From: a virus
Lineage: Duplodnaviria > Caudoviricetes
DNA length: 64,000 nucleotides
Strand: one strand, 5' to 3'
IMG/VR virus record: IMGVR_UViG_3300028888_000006
Coordinates: 1-64,000 of that record
In this document: positions 36,101-43,840 of the stretch, in pieces
Layout of the letters: each line of letters begins with the position of its first letter
Position numbering within the stretch: position 1 is the stretch's first letter
Program-made: the position numbers and the translations under genes
The notes under the pieces: generated by a model
The model's database searches: none
What the model saw: the letters and a program-made list of their open reading frames with translations, nothing else
Told to the model about the DNA's origin: nothing

Positions 36101-37030
36101 GTAGAAGGTAACCGGGACGATACCGTAATCATAGCCGCGGGCTATGCGGACAAAGTCTTTCTCTGAATTGATAAAGGATACGACTCTTGTCTCAGGAATA
36201 ATCCATCCTATATCCGTCGTATGGTCTTCAATCTGTTCGAATTCATCATTGTCGTAAACGACTAAACTCGTCTTGAACGGATTCTTCCTTATTGCTGTAG
36301 ATTCGTAAATCGAAATATCGTCGTTATAATAGAACTCGATGCTGTCATTTCCACAAACAAGCCGAAGACCTTCATCTTCTGTTTTCTGATTGACGACATG
36401 GACGGTGCAGGTTGCGATGCCGAATTCCGGGTATGTAGGATTGTAGACCTTTATATGATATGTACCGGCAGAGTGAGCCTTGAACCATGTTATCGTATTC
36501 GTTCCTCCAAACTCCTGCTTGTATTCAAGCGTGAGTTTATTTACGGACTGCTCGTCAGGAACGAATTCCCAACGACCACGATAGTTCTGTGACTTGACGA
36601 GTTCGCTCTTGTAATCGCCACCCATACCCCTTGCGCGGACGCAGAACAGCTGGTTCTTCTGAACCGTTACTTCTTCCGGCGCAAGAAAGATAGTATAAGG
36701 GATGTGATAGTTTTCTCCAGGAACCTCGTCATTGGCAACGACATTGACATTCAATATCGCATATTTACTGCGATCTACAACCGAATAGACACGAACAGTA
36801 GTAGAACCGGCGGATACACCTTTGATAGTTATAACCGTATCATAGTAATCCTTATACTTGGCTACGGAACCGCCAACATAGCGAACGACATCCTTGTCTT
36901 CGACTATGACCTCGACGACACTCTTGTCTACAGCGCCGGTATCAGTAATTACTTCGGCCTTGATCTGGACCTGTTCATTCTTGTTGACAACGACGCTGTA
37001 TTTTGATAACCGTATGCTTGCAATGGACAT
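30197..37030 (-). CDS. tail muzzle / stabilization protein lacking its N-terminus and carrying ~740 aa of Ig-like (Big_2) domains
   Basis: From 34813 down: DYIYR...GNLGFSLDHPIES..YYETEDIQKIYWVDG, FKGGEKYRFG, GDTYFQRWDCLKT, ETHVNIDGR, KKFRIWR...RIRNPW. N-terminal Big_2 repeats (V.W.SS...A.VD..G.V.G...G). Confidence 0.88.
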   Translation of the reverse strand: MSIASIRLSKYSVVVNKNEQVQIKAEVITDTGAVDKSVVEVIVEDKDVVRYVGGSVAKYKDYYDTVITIKGVSAGSTTVRVYSVVDRSKYAILNVNVVANDEVPGENYHIPYTIFLAPEEVTVQKNQLFCVRARGMGGDYKSELVKSQNYRGRWEFVPDEQSVNKLTLEYKQEFGGTNTITWFKAHSAGTYHIKVYNPTYPEFGIATCTVHVVNQKTEDEGLRLVCGNDSIEFYYNDDISIYESTAIRKNPFKTSLVVYDNDEFEQIEDHTTDIGWIIPETRVVSFINSEKDFVRIARGYDYGIVPVTFYLKSNPYIYYPVWVEVLGGHYEKYISPVTPEPTDVVEIELSENVKVVQKGGADGVVLAFGKNSNGDVGGRIKVQRLDGTTTANVSVFSDTTENGKYRIYIRANADVPDGVIYYNVYCEEFPNVTRLLTVHVVEDPTDYLVPINKAVTGIKLDRNTLSLGVGAKAHLSYTIYPNGAYIQDVSWSSSNSDIVAVDQNGNVVGVGKGNALVTVTTVDGGYTDTCQVSVGGYIQVTNLSVSPKSLNLVKNTSAKLTASITPSNATDKTVTWTSQDSSIATVDASGNVTGIRAGYTTITASVDGGVIKDVVTVAVFDDESDIPSADPNHPELNVRSISLSSSNVRMQVGTSSNLVATVTYEDGHRTIAAEMSLWSSSDTSIVSVGEDGHIQALAVGVAVITVRAKDNPTVNARCTVTVVNSGSDIDQDTEEKESVDYIYRIDYDGDSFKSDMLFSGNLGFSLDHPIESVVYYETEDIQKIYWVDGIHPLRFMNFMAESGSEERVRWADGTYFDSNRSVNFGVEVDVSKSNSGNTRANGVVQYLMTYYNKHGQESGYVWISDLIYLSPVNTGGSADGTNMNAVTLRLSNLDTRFDHFRIYSVFRSALDGKTVSYIVFDGTTNVGEVIVIDDNSHLVSIDSSRLLYLGSQFVRASTLTHKDQTLFLGDIQSVGKEYYNDLETIIKATMFSDVEKGFANDCIRFVYSDGSTNKPDIPYDSGENYVYNSQLVDSSSKITTFKGGEKYRFGLSFRRGDGTMTEAFWIGDKVNDKYPVIDGNKIHRVVVECSLPAQLVSFIKEIGFTTANLMIAEATNADRSVKAQGIINPTVFNVWDRFKNRTYSSSSWISRPRQSDYAWKHFQPINKSTVSTGEIQCNYWTTDEDPNPYYRIKNYGSDNSSYDEVFDSGLDFDYFVILYKIATRGAVYQNYGSFILVTAKLISFTPEAISELNNYDFYSQQFVLALQELASEILRWSPLGIQKDISRTYTVPSGNFAITIYTTTCDYGKYRGNDTKNHLHNCIASKLLEYSIPSQYIVPLDQDGLFYQWCVATHDNMETDYFFQYNTGLVANADSRAALNIKRGQTDRWYSVSDVDVSSSPDYAPSYYKKHLMFIDENTITLNSPEFDHEAMLLDNADKYKLRIVGVAKISSVISDYTVDASPGKLAGENLVNQKFGAPNGILSWPLWREYGITERNESDDAPEFHHSTKNRRLWDSIDYIRDGSIRRYWLHMWHHPGSITTFVSNDQNQDGSFTQVDETYSELHSKTFANLKYSNVTWYNNLNVTNNTYDLESVRLFNYTSSQYVGLKVGGETRYYDGVVNESLSMPSKLRYPILYSSGSFATADDQDFIIVDDNQENTMFSDIPVQITYSSSPHLVMSLPTNILNGYVQTILPRFSSHVNESVILPTRTSDITGCVLPWAKKSEDAFYPFKDYSVNQGTFALSGNPITNTARTIGEDDSYLYIGEIYYPFDDDTRYGGTTESAVQNNRFIIAGPQHLVSDMTADGISDILIGNQGDTYFQRWDCLKTKPYSTGAVNNVVDITSVMIETHVNIDGRTDLQRGVSHLASIDAEKFGQINPVYSQHNNFIVQRDLDSDFNLDSYRSSITWSLEKHDSEDIDEWSHVTLASTLKLDGDKGVCRALRRMGNSIIAFQDRGISEILFNSRTQLSTQDGVPVEIANSGKVDGKRYITNKYGCVNKWSIIEGKNALYFVDNINKAFCSFNGQAIDNLSTRLGFGAWFREINNIEPWAPSTFNNIVSYYDKVHSDIYLVRKNDDKPCLVYNETLGAFTSFFDYREVPMITNVEDRLVSFRDNKLWLQNEGLYCNFFGKQYDYWTQYRVTPDPFGDKIWTNIDYRADFFEVLDDNAEPIVSETELINGDIDDTYKEWETFTDFKVWDEYQDTGFTLFAHEQFNRDDVRKKFRIWRLVIPRALKEGTNKHGMDRIRNPWINLLFRKNDVDGKYLMQLHDIVVKYFE

Positions 37031-37042
37031 ATGTCTAATCTT

Positions 37043-37312
37043 TTATTCGCCAGTATTCGTTTTCACTGCATCGTCGTGAAGGAAAAGGATGATGTGATTC
37101 TTCAGAACATTCCAGCCGACAACCTTACCAGGAAGTTCCGGAAGCGGAATCTCCTTGGTTCCTCGTTCGTTGGTCACGGACAGAAGAGTGTCGTGATCGC
37201 GGGCAATGATGCGGATGTTATGATTCTCGTATGCAGAAGATTCGCCTGCCTTTGAAATGGACAGGTCGCGGTTCATGCCTTTGTTCTGTAAGACGAATGC
37301 CTTCTGTTTCAT
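37043..37312 (-). CDS. N-terminal segment of the muzzle/stabilization protein
   Basis: KGMNRDLSISK...AYENHNIRI...LLSVTNERGT matches the conserved start of crAss-like stabilization proteins. Confidence 0.8.
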   Translation of the reverse strand: MKQKAFVLQNKGMNRDLSISKAGESSAYENHNIRIIARDHDTLLSVTNERGTKEIPLPELPGKVVGWNVLKNHIILFLHDDAVKTNTGE

Positions 37313-37315
37313 ATC

Positions 37316-38053
37316 CTAATGTCTTTTCCAGTATTCCTTCGCACCATTGTCGAAGAACGCCTTCCAGTGCTGGTTGTTTCTCGGAAGCAAGGTCTTGAAC
37401 GAATTGAACAGCGTTTCCGCCTTGTCGAGATCGAGACGGGAGAATTCGTTCTGAGCATCACCCACAGACCAGCAATACTCCTGCTGCGCATTGGCAAATA
37501 CCTGCTGCGATATCTTCCCCATATCGAACTGGATAGTGAACCACTGTAGTTTAATGTAGTTCTCAAGTCCGCGAAGGAAAGACGCGTTGTCGGGAAGAAG
37601 CGGATAGCCCTCCTCGTCAACAGCGAAACCGCGATATGCAACTTCGACATCAACATCCTTCGTGGAGGTGAAGATGACCATTCCCTGCGTCTTATAAGTG
37701 AGTTCACCCGTGAGCAAAGCATCCGGCTTGATATCGGACATATGGAACGAATGACCGGAATAGCGATAGACCGGACCGAAGAATCCGGGCTTTCGGCAAC
37801 AGTCGAGCCAGCGTTTTGCGTGCTGACGACCAGCCATTCTTACCTGGATCATCTCAACGAAATCACAGGGTAACTGACCGCGCCAGTTATGGATATCAAC
37901 AATTGCCGTCTTCTCGTCATACAGTGCCGGAGTTCCCATCAGCTCGATGAAATCTACGGCGTATTCGACTGCGGTCTCGAAGGGGATGTCCCGCATCATC
38001 GGATGACGCATCACCCTGTCGAGAATCCTTCGTATGTTTGTAGTCTGGTTCAT
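37316..38053 (-). CDS. tail tubular / ring protein 1
   Basis: ILDRVMRHP...RGQLPCDF...DEEGYPLLPDN...YCWSVGDA; immediately upstream of the muzzle. Confidence 0.8.
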   Translation of the reverse strand: MNQTTNIRRILDRVMRHPMMRDIPFETAVEYAVDFIELMGTPALYDEKTAIVDIHNWRGQLPCDFVEMIQVRMAGRQHAKRWLDCCRKPGFFGPVYRYSGHSFHMSDIKPDALLTGELTYKTQGMVIFTSTKDVDVEVAYRGFAVDEEGYPLLPDNASFLRGLENYIKLQWFTIQFDMGKISQQVFANAQQEYCWSVGDAQNEFSRLDLDKAETLFNSFKTLLPRNNQHWKAFFDNGAKEYWKRH

Positions 38054-38508
38054 ATCATTTCATTTCCATATTCCATTGGAACCCACGGACAGTCATAAGA
38101 CTGATACAGTTCCTTCATCTTCTTGAACAGCTTCCTGTTTGCCACGAATCCATAGCACCTCAGGTTCTGCGTCTTGTCTCTTTTCGGAAGGAAGGCAAGA
38201 CCGAATGCATTGGGCTCCCCATCGTAATGTCCTTTCTCCCAGTTGTAACTTCCATAACCGATAAATTTCTTTCCCATAAATCGTGGTCTCCTTCGTATCG
38301 TCACCGCTGCAACCGTTCCAAATCCGCACGGAAGGTCTACTGCGCCTTCCTTTTTCAAATCTTCAGCAAGCAGACTGCAATATTCCTTGACGATAGCCGT
38401 ATATGTATGTAGGTCTACCGGCTCATTCTTTCTCGTCCTTCTGACATACAGCTCATAGCCATCGGTCATGTCAGGATATCTTGCCTGCCCGCTGAATGCC
38501 AGTTTCAT
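38050..38508 (-). CDS. IHF/HU-like protein of the crAss-like tail module
   Basis: VDLPCGFGTVAAV...F.ANRKLFK; position between ring genes. Confidence 0.6.
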   Translation of the reverse strand: MKLAFSGQARYPDMTDGYELYVRRTRKNEPVDLHTYTAIVKEYCSLLAEDLKKEGAVDLPCGFGTVAAVTIRRRPRFMGKKFIGYGSYNWEKGHYDGEPNAFGLAFLPKRDKTQNLRCYGFVANRKLFKKMKELYQSYDCPWVPMEYGNEMI

Positions 38509-39263
38509 TCTTCAGCCTCCTGTCTCGGTTTATATGTGCTGTTCTCGACAGGTCTCGGGTGTCTCTGCGGCGTTACAGCAGCGTCAGCCAATCCGTCCTT
38601 TGCATCGTTCTGCTTATCTTCCGGTGCATATCTGGAACCCATCATCTCCTGAACGGTGAGTTCGACGCAGGAAGGAATGAGCGCACTCTCAAGCGGAAAC
38701 TTCATCTCAAGGATATTGCACTTGCCGCTTCCGTCACCATCACAAGACAACTCAGCCGCCTTCCTCGGGTCGGAAAACACGGTAGTCATCCTGACCTTCT
38801 CCAGATACATGAACTGCGGATGATTGCCGGTTATGTAAAGGTGCCCGTCATTGCTCTTTGCGGCATAGATGATATTCTTCAGCCACTTGTTATATCCGAC
38901 ATACGGCATTCTTTCCGGCGGAATAAAGGTCACGGTAGACTGAATCATATCGCTGATAGTGGAAAGCGTCGTGTTGGACACATTGATTGTATCCGGGATT
39001 TCCTCAATGGAATGAAGCCAGAGCCCAGTACATCCAGAAGGCAGCATCTCTGTCGGCTCAAGCGTAAGACAGATGTCCTGAAGATTCTCGTCGGACATTG
39101 GTGTGAATGTCTGGTTGCGAGAATTCTTGTACTTACGCTCGAGTAGCAAGTTCCGGATATGCGATGCAAAGAAGATGGCATGCTCCTCGGTGAAGTGAGC
39201 GTCATCTGTCTTTTCCTTGAGCAAGTCAAGGACAGAATAGACTATTTCTCCAAATGTAGCCAT
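38505..39263 (-). CDS. tail ring protein 2-like
   Basis: TFGEIVYSVLD...RMPYVGYNKW...FSDP...FPLE...P.DK.ND pattern; synteny. Confidence 0.75.
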   Translation of the reverse strand: MATFGEIVYSVLDLLKEKTDDAHFTEEHAIFFASHIRNLLLERKYKNSRNQTFTPMSDENLQDICLTLEPTEMLPSGCTGLWLHSIEEIPDTINVSNTTLSTISDMIQSTVTFIPPERMPYVGYNKWLKNIIYAAKSNDGHLYITGNHPQFMYLEKVRMTTVFSDPRKAAELSCDGDGSGKCNILEMKFPLESALIPSCVELTVQEMMGSRYAPEDKQNDAKDGLADAAVTPQRHPRPVENSTYKPRQEAEE

Positions 39264-39264
39264 A

Positions 39265-39651
39265 CTAAATTACTCTTATATAGTCATCCTGCGTGTACCT
39301 GTCCTTATTCGGAATGGCATTACCATTCTCGTCCACAGCATAGTCCTCCGTAATCCTGTTCTTCAGTACGCCCATGTACTCGTTGCGACCAATCGTAACC
39401 TTGTTCGTGCAGAACACGGAATAAGGAAGCAGGCATCCGCCATTAGAGAACAGTTTACGCAGCGCGTTGTCTACGGCATTGTAATCCTCCTCGGAGAAGA
39501 ACCGGTGCGTGCTATCAACGAAATCGACGAGGAACAGGTAAAGCATGAAGCGGGACATCATTCCCGGCTTAATGTAACCAGTGTTCTTCAGGATATCGAA
39601 GTATTTGGTTGTCGTATCAAGGGCTCTGCCCTCGTCAATTACCTGTAACAT
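39265..39651 (-). CDS. tail hub protein B-like
   Basis: YFDILKNTGY...CLLPY; follows the hub-A-like gene. Confidence 0.6.
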   Translation of the reverse strand: MLQVIDEGRALDTTTKYFDILKNTGYIKPGMMSRFMLYLFLVDFVDSTHRFFSEEDYNAVDNALRKLFSNGGCLLPYSVFCTNKVTIGRNEYMGVLKNRITEDYAVDENGNAIPNKDRYTQDDYIRVI

Positions 39652-39658
39652 AGTTCAA

Positions 39659-40273
39659 CTATCTACAACCGCAACCAGAAGGACGAGCGCTTGTCGGCAC
39701 AAACGGGTTGTCCGGAGAAAGAAGGAACTTGTTCCAAAGGTCGGAAACGAGGTTCCAGTCACAAGTGGACAGAGCCATCTTCAGTGCCTCCCAGAGAATG
39801 GCGAAGTGTTCGAAGCCCGTAAGATCCGGGCAGGGATTACAGCCATTGAACAGAGAGTTCACATAGGACATCCCCGTATTATAGAACGCCTTCCAATCGA
39901 GAATGGCGCCAATCTTCACCTGATCATCGTATCCGCAAGGATAGTTAGGAATGGAATGGGGAAGAGTACCGTCGCAGTTGACAATGACATAGAACAGACC
40001 ATTCCTGAAAGTGGACGTTCCCATATTCATCCTACCGAGAGCGGACTCTGCGACAGAAAGACGGACAGCCCTGACCTTGTTGTCGTCGTTCGTGTTCTCG
40101 TATATGCAGACTGCCTTGCTGGACGGCATGGAAGCGGCATTCGCATTTTTATAATACTCGAGATATACCGACTTGATATACATGTTCTTATAGATATCGA
40201 CACGTTCTATCTCGCAGTCAATCAGAAGACAACTGTAATCATCGGATATTCGCAGCTCGTTGAAAGTAACCAT
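39659..40273 (-). CDS. tail hub protein A-like
   Basis: MVTFNELRIS.D...LLID start, PCG.D and C-terminal CGC; ATG 40273 follows a TAnnTTTG element. Confidence 0.65.
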   Translation of the reverse strand: MVTFNELRISDDYSCLLIDCEIERVDIYKNMYIKSVYLEYYKNANAASMPSSKAVCIYENTNDDNKVRAVRLSVAESALGRMNMGTSTFRNGLFYVIVNCDGTLPHSIPNYPCGYDDQVKIGAILDWKAFYNTGMSYVNSLFNGCNPCPDLTGFEHFAILWEALKMALSTCDWNLVSDLWNKFLLSPDNPFVPTSARPSGCGCR

Positions 40274-40289
40274 AACACATTTATTTGTC

Positions 40290-40297
40290 CAAATGTA
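40290..40297 (-). promoter_or_regulatory. -7 promoter element (TACATTTG) for the tail genes
   Basis: TAnnTTTG 17 nt upstream of the ATG, directly after a terminator. Confidence 0.55.
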
Positions 40298-40335
40298 AAA
40301 AGAAAAGGAGCTTGGATTCCAATCCAAACCCCTTT
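40298..40335 (-). terminator. intrinsic terminator
   Basis: Minus strand AAAGGGGTTTGGATT-GG-AATCCAAGCTCCTTT followed by a T-rich tail. Confidence 0.75.
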
Positions 40336-40359
40336 ACTTACAAAGGATAACCAAGTCTG

Positions 40360-41103
40360 TTAAAGCCCGTAGTGTTCTCTCAATATCCGTTCCATCTCGG
40401 AATTCCATCCCTTGACCGAATTGGATATCCACATCTTCTTACCTATCGCATTCTTGAATTCATCCACGTCCAACTTCCTCTCCCATACCTTATACTGATA
40501 ATCGTTCGGTTCTTCCTCAATCACAACGTATTCAGAATCAGCATAATATGTATTGAAATACAACTGTTCCACGACACGGGATTTCTCATCACATTCATAC
40601 TTGTCATAGATGGCGAACAGTTTATCCCAATCGTACCAGACGGGAAGATGACACACCCAGTTGATGGTGGGAAGCCTGTTTTTCATCAGGATCTTCTTCG
40701 TGCGATAGTTGTCCACTACCCAGGCGTTCGCCGACGTGAACGAGCCTTCTATCTGCATCTTCCTAGCCTTCGGCTTTTTCACGTCTTCCAGCGTGAAGTC
40801 CCTGACGGCATAGATATCGTCGCAGGTGTAGATGAATCCCTCGGATTTAGGGTAAGCATTGAATACCGTCCTGAATTTGTTCACATGGTCGATGTGCGCC
40901 CAGTAATTTCCCTTGCCGGGCCATTTGACTCTCGGACATTTGATGAACGATATCTCACCTCCAGTATCAACTATCGGATGATAGTCGCCGACAATGACGA
41001 TATGAAACTCTTCCTTGAAATGCTTTCTCCACCCAGTGACCGCGAGTTCCAGTTCCGTACCCTGTGCATCCTTGGCGAGATACGGTATGACTACGAGTAT
41101 CAT
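40360..41103 (-). CDS. glycosyltransferase-A / Stealth-like nucleotide-sugar transferase
   Basis: VVIPY...ELELAV.GW...IVIVGD...FIYTCDDIY: N-terminal strand and DD motif of the GT-A fold. Confidence 0.55.
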   Translation of the reverse strand: MILVVIPYLAKDAQGTELELAVTGWRKHFKEEFHIVIVGDYHPIVDTGGEISFIKCPRVKWPGKGNYWAHIDHVNKFRTVFNAYPKSEGFIYTCDDIYAVRDFTLEDVKKPKARKMQIEGSFTSANAWVVDNYRTKKILMKNRLPTINWVCHLPVWYDWDKLFAIYDKYECDEKSRVVEQLYFNTYYADSEYVVIEEEPNDYQYKVWERKLDVDEFKNAIGKKMWISNSVKGWNSEMERILREHYGL

Positions 41104-41118
41104 CTCTTCCAAATAAAC

Positions 41119-41144
41119 TGGGGCGAGATTATCCTCCCGCCCCA
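41119..41144 (-). terminator. hairpin after the auxiliary capsid gene
   Basis: TGGGGCG...CGCCCCA stem. Confidence 0.45.
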
Positions 41145-41165
41145 AATTCAACTTTGCGATTCAGC

Positions 41166-42185
41166 CTAAACGGGAGTCGCAGAAGAACCGGCAACACCAG
41201 CCATAGCAGCGGCGAGGGCATCGTAGATGTCTTCGGCTTCGCTAGTTGCCTGGGAACCGGAACCGGAGACCTCGCAAGCGAACTGAATCATGCGCGGGCT
41301 CTTCTGGACGTTCTCGGCGGAACCCTGCCAGAAATACTCGACGGAAACCAGGTCATAGGACTTGGACAGGTCCACGAGCGGAGTCGGCTCATAATTCATC
41401 GGATAGGCATAGCTGCGCTTGTCATCGCCACGCTCGCCCATGGTAAACGCCTCGAGATCGGCGATGCCATAGACGCTGGGGATGACAGTGTAGCCGGAAA
41501 CGTCACTGTCGGCAACGGTGTCGGTACCCCAAGCGATATCGTCGAGATTGGCGTCATGCATGACGAAAGCCACGGAGAACGGATACTGCTCGTTGCTCTT
41601 CAGGCCACGACGATACTTCTGCGGAGTCTCCACAAGGACGACACCGGCGGCAGCACCGGTGGCGGTACCAGCCTTGGCGATAGCCGGAGTGACTTCAGAG
41701 CCGTTGCTGAACACGCGGGCAATCGGGAAGTCTCGCTTCGGCAGGACAAGGGCGATAGCCTCAGCCAGAGCCTTATGGAAGGCGGCAGCATTGGCGGTGT
41801 TGGTAGCGTTACCAACGACAGTGGCAACAACACGATAGGTGTCGTTCATGTCGTAGGAGCCGACCTGATGGAAGGTGATGATGCAGGACAGGGTCTTGCC
41901 AATGAGATTCGCAAGGGTGACCTTGTTGGTATCGATGGCAAGCGTATGCTTCTTCAGCTTGATGTCCATGTCCGCAGCGGCAGTGTTCTTCAAGCTGACG
42001 ATGTTCTTCGGATAGATGATATCCGTGCGAGTGAGCTGACCGTCGCCGTTGAAGTACTTGAAGAAAACCTCGCCGGTAGCAGCAGTGCCCATCGCCAGCT
42101 CACCGGCGGCATCAGGCTCCCCGCTCTCGAGGAAGCTCTTCACAACATAAAGGTTGCGAGTCTGGTAAGTGTTGAAATTTGCCAT
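41166..42185 (-). CDS. auxiliary capsid protein
   Basis: FNTYQTRNLYV...TRTDII...IADLEAFTMGERGD..R...YP...YDL...Y...VQKSPR; strongly C-ending codons like the MCP. Confidence 0.8.
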   Translation of the reverse strand: MANFNTYQTRNLYVVKSFLESGEPDAAGELAMGTAATGEVFFKYFNGDGQLTRTDIIYPKNIVSLKNTAAADMDIKLKKHTLAIDTNKVTLANLIGKTLSCIITFHQVGSYDMNDTYRVVATVVGNATNTANAAAFHKALAEAIALVLPKRDFPIARVFSNGSEVTPAIAKAGTATGAAAGVVLVETPQKYRRGLKSNEQYPFSVAFVMHDANLDDIAWGTDTVADSDVSGYTVIPSVYGIADLEAFTMGERGDDKRSYAYPMNYEPTPLVDLSKSYDLVSVEYFWQGSAENVQKSPRMIQFACEVSGSGSQATSEAEDIYDALAAAMAGVAGSSATPV

Positions 42186-42217
42186 AAGCTTATGAGTTAT
42201 TTATTGGTTTCGATTAG

Positions 42218-42907
42218 TTAGGAAAGCCAAACTGCCTTGGCCCTTCTGACAGCCTCCTCGAGAATCGCCTGATGGAGATGCTCGTTGAGCTTGCAAGTCT
42301 TGGCCTCGCTTTCGCCTTCGATGGTGAGTCCGTCTTCCAAGTCACACAGGATGATTGGTTCGGGTTTCTTGATGTACCGCACCGTATACTTCCCGATCTC
42401 GTAGTCGCTGACGAGTTCGGAGTATCGGGAAGAATACAGGCTGCTTCCAATTGCATCGGATGCACCGTAGGCAAGACGGAGAACCTTTTCGGTATTCTGC
42501 TTCCTGAACGGGTTGCGGTATGTACGCCAGAATTCATCCTGTGTCACCGGGGTCACAATCGCCGATTTCTCGCCACAGCCGTCCACGGATATCTTACACA
42601 TCTCGAGCGTAATGAACAGAAGGTCTTCGGGCAGTTCGTACACCTTTGAATTATCCACGATCCCGGGAGCGTCTGATGCCTCGCAGCAATCCTCCTGGCA
42701 AACAAGGTTGGCGAGATAGCTCGTCAATTCCTCGGTCTCCTCGAAAGAATGCTTGATGCTTCCGTTGTACAGACCAATGACGACAGCGAACTCGGCTTCG
42801 GTAAGAAAAACACTCTTTTCATAGGAGTTATGACCGGGAGCCTGATTGCTGGTTATGTTCTGGTACAACAGGTCAAACCCGTTCTCCCATTCTTCGCAGT
42901 TCTTCAT
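42218..42907 (-). CDS. tail ring protein 3/4-like
   Basis: FDLLYQNITSNQAPG...YEKSVFLT.A...NPFR...Y.VRYIKKPEPII...LHQAILEEAV. Confidence 0.8.
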   Translation of the reverse strand: MKNCEEWENGFDLLYQNITSNQAPGHNSYEKSVFLTEAEFAVVIGLYNGSIKHSFEETEELTSYLANLVCQEDCCEASDAPGIVDNSKVYELPEDLLFITLEMCKISVDGCGEKSAIVTPVTQDEFWRTYRNPFRKQNTEKVLRLAYGASDAIGSSLYSSRYSELVSDYEIGKYTVRYIKKPEPIILCDLEDGLTIEGESEAKTCKLNEHLHQAILEEAVRRAKAVWLS

Positions 42908-43815
42908 TTGGCATTACGGTTCTTTCCGACCTCGCTCTCGAGGATGAACTTGATATCCTGATGGGACGGAAGGTTAAGATACTTGGCGGCGATGGACAGC
43001 GTCGGGTCTTCACCCATATCGCACAGCGGGGAATTGTCGGACTTCAAATAGTAGTGGTCGCCACGCTTTGAAAGAACGCCGATTTCCGTACCGCGACGGA
43101 TGAGGACCTTGGCGTGAAGGAGAGGATCGGTAATCTGGGCGAGGAACTTCTTCGGGTCGCTTTCGATGAGCGAACTGATACGGGACTTGAGGAACACAGC
43201 CTTCTCGTTTGGCGAGTAAGGGCGGGCGTCAAGAAGTTCGACGAGGACACGCATGGTGTCAAGGTCGTTCTCGACTTTCATGAATTCCTTGTAGCTCTGC
43301 ATCTTCGCATCCATCTTGGCGGTCTCGATGGAGTCTTCCTCGTTTTCACGGACCAATTCGAACTGATAAGTGTTCTTAGGTCTGTCGATGCGCTCCTGAA
43401 CAGAAGGGGCGATAAGGTCGCTGTTGGCAAGAAGAACCTTGTACTTGATGTAGTCCTCGGGATCGGCGAGGTTCAAGTGCAGGCCCTCCTTCGCATTGTC
43501 AATGCGGACCTTGTAGTCGTCCCAGAAGTTGTTCTCCTTCTTGTAGACAGACAGAGCGTTGTAGTCAAGGCCAAGGGCTTCTTCAAGGAAATCCTTCTCC
43601 GCGTCGGTAAGCACATTCTTGTACTTGCCGGTGGAACGGAGAACGGGAACCACGAACACGGAATACGCACCGTCAACACGGGAGCCGTAGGCAACATGGC
43701 TCTTCTCGAGCCCGTTGTCCTTCGGAACCCACCTGACATAGATGCGTTCGTTCCGTAGCGGATTGACCTTGACTTCGCTCATTTCTTCTTTAGCTTTTGC
43801 AGTTTTTCTTTCCAT
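42904..43815 (-). CDS. conserved crAss-like protein downstream of the MCP
   Basis: LRNERIYVRW...NNFW...LNLADPEDYIKYKVLLAN...IAPS. Confidence 0.75.
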   Translation of the reverse strand: MERKTAKAKEEMSEVKVNPLRNERIYVRWVPKDNGLEKSHVAYGSRVDGAYSVFVVPVLRSTGKYKNVLTDAEKDFLEEALGLDYNALSVYKKENNFWDDYKVRIDNAKEGLHLNLADPEDYIKYKVLLANSDLIAPSVQERIDRPKNTYQFELVRENEEDSIETAKMDAKMQSYKEFMKVENDLDTMRVLVELLDARPYSPNEKAVFLKSRISSLIESDPKKFLAQITDPLLHAKVLIRRGTEIGVLSKRGDHYYLKSDNSPLCDMGEDPTLSIAAKYLNLPSHQDIKFILESEVGKNRNAK

Positions 43816-43840
43816 AATTATCTTCTCCTATTGTTACAGA

